Below, in pieces: positions 62,701-64,000 of a stretch of 64,000 bases of DNA. The position numbers and the translations under genes were made by a program. Numbering within the stretch: the first letter of the stretch is position 1; every line of letters starts with the position of its first letter. The notes below the pieces were generated by a model. The model did no database searches. It saw nothing but the letters and a program-made list of their open reading frames with translations, and was not told where the DNA came from. The stretch lies in contig CM035361.1 of assembly GCA_020137815.1 (NCBI GenBank), forward strand, positions 5,456,001-5,520,000, in the 5' to 3' direction. The stretch is from Hormiphora californensis. Taxonomy: Eukaryota; Animalia; Ctenophora.

Positions 62701-63764
62701 AATTGCTCTAGAAGAAGAAGAAAAAGAAGATGGATACTTATATGATCCATTTACCATAACACGCGTGTTTCTTTCAGCGGTGGATATTGAGCAGGAAGCT
62801 ACCGGACTTCTGTACGGACAGGCCAACACCTTTACATGTAAAATTAGGTAAATATATTACAAGAAATAATAGCTCCTTCAGGGTCCAATGAAAATGGTAT
62901 GATTAAAAGAAGGTCGCAGTTGCTTATTTGCGGCTGGATCATTAATTAATTGGTTTAATTAATTGATATTTTTACAGACAACTGTATAACGCTGCCAACC
63001 TTGATGTGACAGTAGCGTGGACTGTAAAAGCAGGAACAGCGTCAGACTTCAATCCATTGCCCACTACAAGTAAGTTATCCAATTCCTTCAGTTATAGATC
63101 ATGTGAAGTATATACTCCCTGGTTGTCTCTGAAGCTACCGAGTAAAATGTTTTACCACCAAAAAATTAATTTCCTCCTCAACTAGAACTCATTCCCAACT
63201 TTTGAAAATCTCATATTCACTAACCTGTCATGAGTTTATCCTAGCAGCGGATTACGGATCCAAGATTTAACTTATTCCCAATACTCCCTCAGCGGCTCTT
63301 GTCAGTGAGACAGAGCGGCACTCAGTCCTGACCTCAACCACCCTGACCGACCCATCCACTGTACCCAATCTGGCGTGTGCTGTTACCATAAAAAACAGCG
63401 CTTCTGATGCGAACAGTATCGGAGAGGGACTATCCGCTGATTATTCGAACACACGATATGTTGAAGTAACGGTAAGGATAACAAAAAGCATCACTGAAGT
63501 AGATAGCTTAGCCTAAGTTTAGTGTCATTACCAGAAATTGAATTTAGCTGTGATTCTCACGCGTCAGATAAGCCCACGCGTGAGATAGGAAATGCCCATA
63601 TATGGTCAACGCGTGAGACTGTGATAGTTCCGTTGATCACTAAAACGGCCCACAAATAACTTTTCAGGCAGGAACAGCTGCGGGAGCTCTAGAGGGAACC
63701 ACAGCTACCTTCTCTTGTACCGCTACAGGAGCAAACCTGGCTGATGACCAGATTGATGATATTT
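9266..63764 (+). CDS. Giant multi-exon secreted/cell-surface mosaic protein (signal peptide; Ig-like, discoidin/F-type-lectin-like, sushi-like, kringle, Cys-rich modules); continues past window end
   Basis: Phase-compatible GT-AG exons include 9266-9347 ([27 protein letters not shown], signal peptide), 12032-12162, 12314-12421, 15726-15776, 15922-15991, 16307-16366, 16693-16791, about 17433-17492, 18837-18960, 26832-26934, 27186-27325, 29921-29965, 30096-30140, 30264-30365, 30491-30617, 33009-33141, 35533-35642, 35809-35903, 36061-36201, 36446-36555, about 36804-36869, 40303-40432, 41028-41132, 41587-41676, 42112-42226, 42662-42819, 43502-43674, 44087-44342, 45064-45262, 45449-45628, 49621-49736, 51109-51168, 51841-51969, 59723-59768, 59980-60135, 60305-60443, 60594-60742, 62231-62346, 63294-63471, 63668-63764. 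Junctions near 17600 (noisy sequence) and 45850-49400 were not fully resolved. Confidence 0.8.
9465..11782 (+). mobile_element. Asymmetric-TIR hairpin element (family H1, Helentron/Helitron2-like), copy A
   Basis: About 75-bp inverted arms (9465-9539/9795-9869) around a (CT)n tract; internal (TCTA)n; far end GGGTCACCTTT + GCGC-ttacca-GCGC + AGTGAT. Confidence 0.7.
10515..11474. mobile_element. Tc1/mariner-type MITE with long TIRs and TA TSD, nested in H1 copy A
   Basis: ta|CCGCGTGGGCCAATAAAAAGGGAGG..CCTCCCTTTTTATTGGCCCACGCGG|ta; arms about 150 bp. Confidence 0.85.
12529..15671. mobile_element. 3.1-kb foldback (Pack-type) element, CCC..GGG termini, probable CMC/EnSpm-like
   Basis: Arms 12529-14037 and 14275-15671 are near-perfect reverse complements apart from a few indels. 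Termini CCCTGCCAGAAATAGATGG; flanks ttgtt|..|ttgtt (2-bp TT or 5-bp TSD). Confidence 0.85.
14035..14704 (+). pseudogene. Captured fragment of an SLC6 (neurotransmitter:sodium symporter) gene: three exons with introns, frameshifted; inverted partial copy at about 13569-14037
   Basis: [32 protein letters not shown]|gtaagt; VV(+1)[35 protein letters not shown]|gtaatt; (-1)[39 protein letters not shown]. These are hallmark SLC6 TM4-TM6 motifs. Confidence 0.9.
16020..16128. mobile_element. About 100-bp MITE CAGGAACCGACCG..CGGTCGGTTCCTG (copies also at 30641-30738, about 62359-62467, and partial copies in the SLC6 fragment introns)
   Basis: Dispersed near-identical copies; 8-bp TSD gtacacta at 30641 and gtatgttg at about 62359, suggesting hAT type. 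Confidence 0.8.
18030..18706 (+). mobile_element. Family J1 copy 2 (low-quality sequence, lacks the nested MITE)
   Basis: Colinear with 6262-7208 but with homopolymer noise. Confidence 0.7.
19558..21473 (-). mobile_element. Family H1 copy D, inserted in a Helitron unit
   Basis: Arms about 21263-21310/21426-21473; opposite end ATCACTGCACTGGCAAGTGCCCCGGGGCCCA. Confidence 0.7.
20234..21096. mobile_element. GG..CC TIR element with 9-bp TSD (MULE/Merlin-like), containing GGACTCT repeats and a (CCCTAA)-like tract
   Basis: tcgtatctc|GGTGGGCGGACTCTAGTGCTA..TAGCACTAGAGTCCGCACACC|tcgtatctc. Confidence 0.85.
22602..25287. mobile_element. Tc1/mariner(pogo)-type non-autonomous element, TA TSD
   Basis: ta|CCGTAATCTGGGGTAACTTTG..CAAAGTTACCCCAACTTACGG|ta; internal repeats of GGGGTAACTTTGGAC. 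Confidence 0.8.
22753..24045 (+). mobile_element. Helentron/Helitron2-type non-autonomous element (HINE/DINE-1-like, family H2)
   Basis: 5' TTTTTCCCTGCCC plus hairpin CCGGGTGAATGCCgaaGGCATTCACCCGG; 3' GGGCAGGGAAA plus hairpin GCATTATG-aata-CATAATGC; inserted in a T-run, no TSD. Confidence 0.8.
25311..26578 (+). mobile_element. Family H1 copy B
   Basis: Arms 25311-25385/25582-25656 around (CT)n; (TAGATACA)n internal; end TGGTCACCTTT-GCGCttgccaGCGC-AGTGAT. Confidence 0.7.
27448..28481 (-). mobile_element. Family J2: related junction-complement element inserted in opposite orientation into J1
   Basis: Absent from J1 copy 1 (empty site ACTGGTTTAAATC); carries diverged versions of the J1 hairpins; 28264-28295 complements both ends. 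Confidence 0.8.
27626..27963. mobile_element. hAT-type palindromic MITE, 8-bp TSD
   Basis: gtgtaaac|TAGTGTCTGACGG..CCGTCAGACACTA|gtgtaaac. Confidence 0.9.
28680..29303. mobile_element. hAT-type MITE, 8-bp TSD
   Basis: ctcacaat|TAGGGTCTGA..TCAGACCCTA|ctcacaat; empty site in J1 copy 1; CCGTCTAGA subterminal repeats. Confidence 0.9.
30491..35903 (+). CDS. Exons encoding a discoidin (F5/8C)/F-type-lectin-like beta-sandwich domain of the giant gene
   Basis: ...[13 protein letters not shown]...[20 protein letters not shown]...C...C...[20 protein letters not shown] follows the aiDGd..T / l.idl...y.V..V.i / l...EV.v.G pattern. Confidence 0.55.
30912..32957. mobile_element. 2-kb foldback element, CCCTACCAGAAG termini, TA TSD
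   Basis: Arms about 30912-31820 and 32040-32957 are near-perfect reverse complements; terminus resembles that of the 12529 element. Confidence 0.85.
33309..33525 (+). mobile_element. Family J3: about 220-bp miniature element with the same end/internal-complement layout, in a (TA)n context
   Basis: Left end TAATCAATAAA, right end CCGCTGATATTTA, internal TTTATTGATTACAAGTTTTAGCGG. Confidence 0.45.
33541..35354 (+). mobile_element. Family H1 copy C with central tandem repeats
   Basis: Arms about 33541-33631/33871-33961 around a CT-rich spacer; end TGGGCCCGGG-GCACttgccaGTGC-TATGAT. Confidence 0.7.
34030..34800. repeat. About 155-165-bp tandem repeat (about 5 units) inside the H1 element
   Basis: AAATCGACTATTTTGAGTCG recurs at about 34093, 34257, 34413, 34569 and 34733. 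Confidence 0.85.
36989..40172. mobile_element. piggyBac-type non-autonomous foldback, TTAA TSD, inserted at the centre of a small palindrome (36934-40230)
   Basis: ttaa|CCCTTTGAGGGCGA..TCGCCCTTAAAGGG|ttaa; internal inverted arms about 37332-37706 plus 38784-39160 versus 39292-40040. Confidence 0.85.
37708..38782. mobile_element. Tc1/mariner-type MITE family CAGTCGGACCCCGATTTA, TA TSD (other full or partial copies at 1572-1704, about 8000-8062, 11823-11931, 13128-13181, 15096-15147, 29667-29838, 42264-42329, 46690-46751)
   Basis: ta|CAGTCGGACCCCGATTTA..TAAATCGGGGTCCGACTG|ta; the opposite palindrome arm (about 39665) shows the empty TA site. Confidence 0.9.
40459..40930. mobile_element. TIR element enclosing a 21-bp minisatellite (TCACTGAAACCTGAGTAGACG, about 15 units)
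   Basis: Inverted ends TCGTGCCTGAACCTCAGGTTC / GAACCTGAGGTTCAGGCACGA; a solo end at about 45310-45352. Confidence 0.7.
41028..41676 (+). CDS. Two exons encoding a sushi/CCP-like 4-Cys module
   Basis: [36 protein letters not shown]|[29 protein letters not shown]; four Cys with CCP-like spacing. Confidence 0.45.
42112..42819 (+). CDS. Two exons encoding a divergent kringle domain
   Basis: [23 protein letters not shown]...KKCRYP...SPFCY...SC...KKC matches kringle CY.G.G..YrG.....G..Cq.W / CRNP / PWCY / C..C. Confidence 0.8.
42899..43188. mobile_element. Second copy of the Harbinger-type palindromic MITE, TAA TSD
   Basis: Same termini and TAA flanks as 6593-6850. Confidence 0.85.
46033..46629 (-). 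mobile_element. Non-autonomous Helitron
   Basis: Minus strand A|TCATACTAC...TTCGCCCgtaGGGCGAA hairpin...CTAG|T. Confidence 0.75.
47930..48125. repeat. 35-bp tandem repeat, about 5.5 units
   Basis: TGTTTGTTTCTTTGGGTTAGTAGTAAGTAATTTAA repeated. Confidence 0.9.
48202..48478. mobile_element. Palindromic MITE with GGG..CCC ends and 3-bp TSD (Harbinger-like)
   Basis: ttg|GGGTCACCACACACCAAAG..CTTTGGTGTGTGGTGACCC|ttg. Confidence 0.75.
48592..48787. repeat. Near-perfect 196-bp palindrome (MITE-like)
   Basis: GGTGGTTTGCAGCTGATAGC..GCTATCAGCTGCAAACCACC with arms of about 90 bp. Confidence 0.8.
48945..49068. repeat. 11-bp tandem repeat (AAGATTCCAAT)n
   Basis: Directly visible. Confidence 0.9.
49756..50959. 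mobile_element. Foldback element with (AATAAAAGGCTGC)n subterminal repeats, possible AATT TSD
   Basis: aatt|GGCAGGTGAGTAGAACTTCGCTCC..GGAGCGAAGTTCTACTCACCTGCC|aatt. Confidence 0.8.
51462..51777 (-). mobile_element. Non-autonomous Helitron
   Basis: Minus strand A|TCTCTATTATAA...GCGCACCCAATGGGTGCGCTAG|T with GC hairpins near the 3' end. Confidence 0.75.
53188..55076. mobile_element. TTAA-specific GGG..CCC element (Kolobok-like) with long internal inverted arms
   Basis: ttaa|GGGTACGCTAAC..GTTAGCGTACCC|ttaa; the paralogous block at about 56341 shows the empty site CCGTTTAAGGCTATT. Confidence 0.8.
54372..55013 (+). mobile_element. Family H2 second element (same ends, different interior, GTCY microsatellite at about 54492)
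   Basis: Ends as in 22753-24045; interrupts one arm of a palindrome whose other arm shows the empty T-run site. Confidence 0.85.
60305..63764 (+). CDS. Exons encoding tandem Ig-like domains
   Basis: [22 protein letters not shown]...[18 protein letters not shown]; [10 protein letters not shown]...VTVAWTV...SVLT...LACAVT; [14 protein letters not shown]. Confidence 0.75.
61257..61842 (-). mobile_element. Probable non-autonomous Helitron
   Basis: A|TCATACTATTATTAAAG 5' end, GCACGTGCA motifs as in the other Helitrons, CTAG|T at 61257; 3' hairpin not evident. Confidence 0.5.
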
Positions 63765-63768
63765 GTAA

Positions 63769-63801
<33 letters not shown>

Positions 63802-63879
63802 GGGAGAGAGAGATAGAGGGGGAGAGAGAAAGATAGAGGGGGAGAGAGAAAGATAGAGGGGGGGGGGGAGAAAGAGATC

Positions 63880-64000
<121 letters not shown>

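Overview
AT-rich, intron-dense animal genomic DNA. It is probably a ctenophore of the Pleurobrachia type; this is inferred from recalled repeat motifs and was not verified. Almost none of the supplied ORFs are real genes. Genes: (i) the first two coding exons of a minus-strand ABCG/white-type transporter (ATG 4537); (ii) a possible small plus-strand Cys-rich gene at about 327-1196; (iii) one giant plus-strand gene from ATG 9266 to beyond the window end, with about 50 short GT-AG exons whose phases I chained by hand over most of its length. It encodes a signal-peptide-bearing mosaic protein with Ig-like, discoidin/F-lectin-like, sushi-like, kringle and Cys-rich modules. Its long introns are stacks of nested non-autonomous DNA elements, most of them self-complementary. 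The most unusual structures are: (a) three element families carrying an internal reverse-complement copy of their own end-to-end circle junction (DIRS-ICR/Crypton-like architecture in non-coding miniature elements); (b) four elements with co-varying asymmetric subterminal inverted repeats and a terminal hairpin (rolling-circle-like); (c) a 3.1-kb foldback element that captured intron-containing SLC6 transporter exons as an inverted duplication; (d) a head-to-tail Helitron trimer with exact CTAG|TC junctions; (e) a 7.5-kb GG..CC element with an 8-bp TSD, packed with TGGCGCCA (E2F/YY1-like) repeats. Coordinates were counted by hand and may be off by a few bases.
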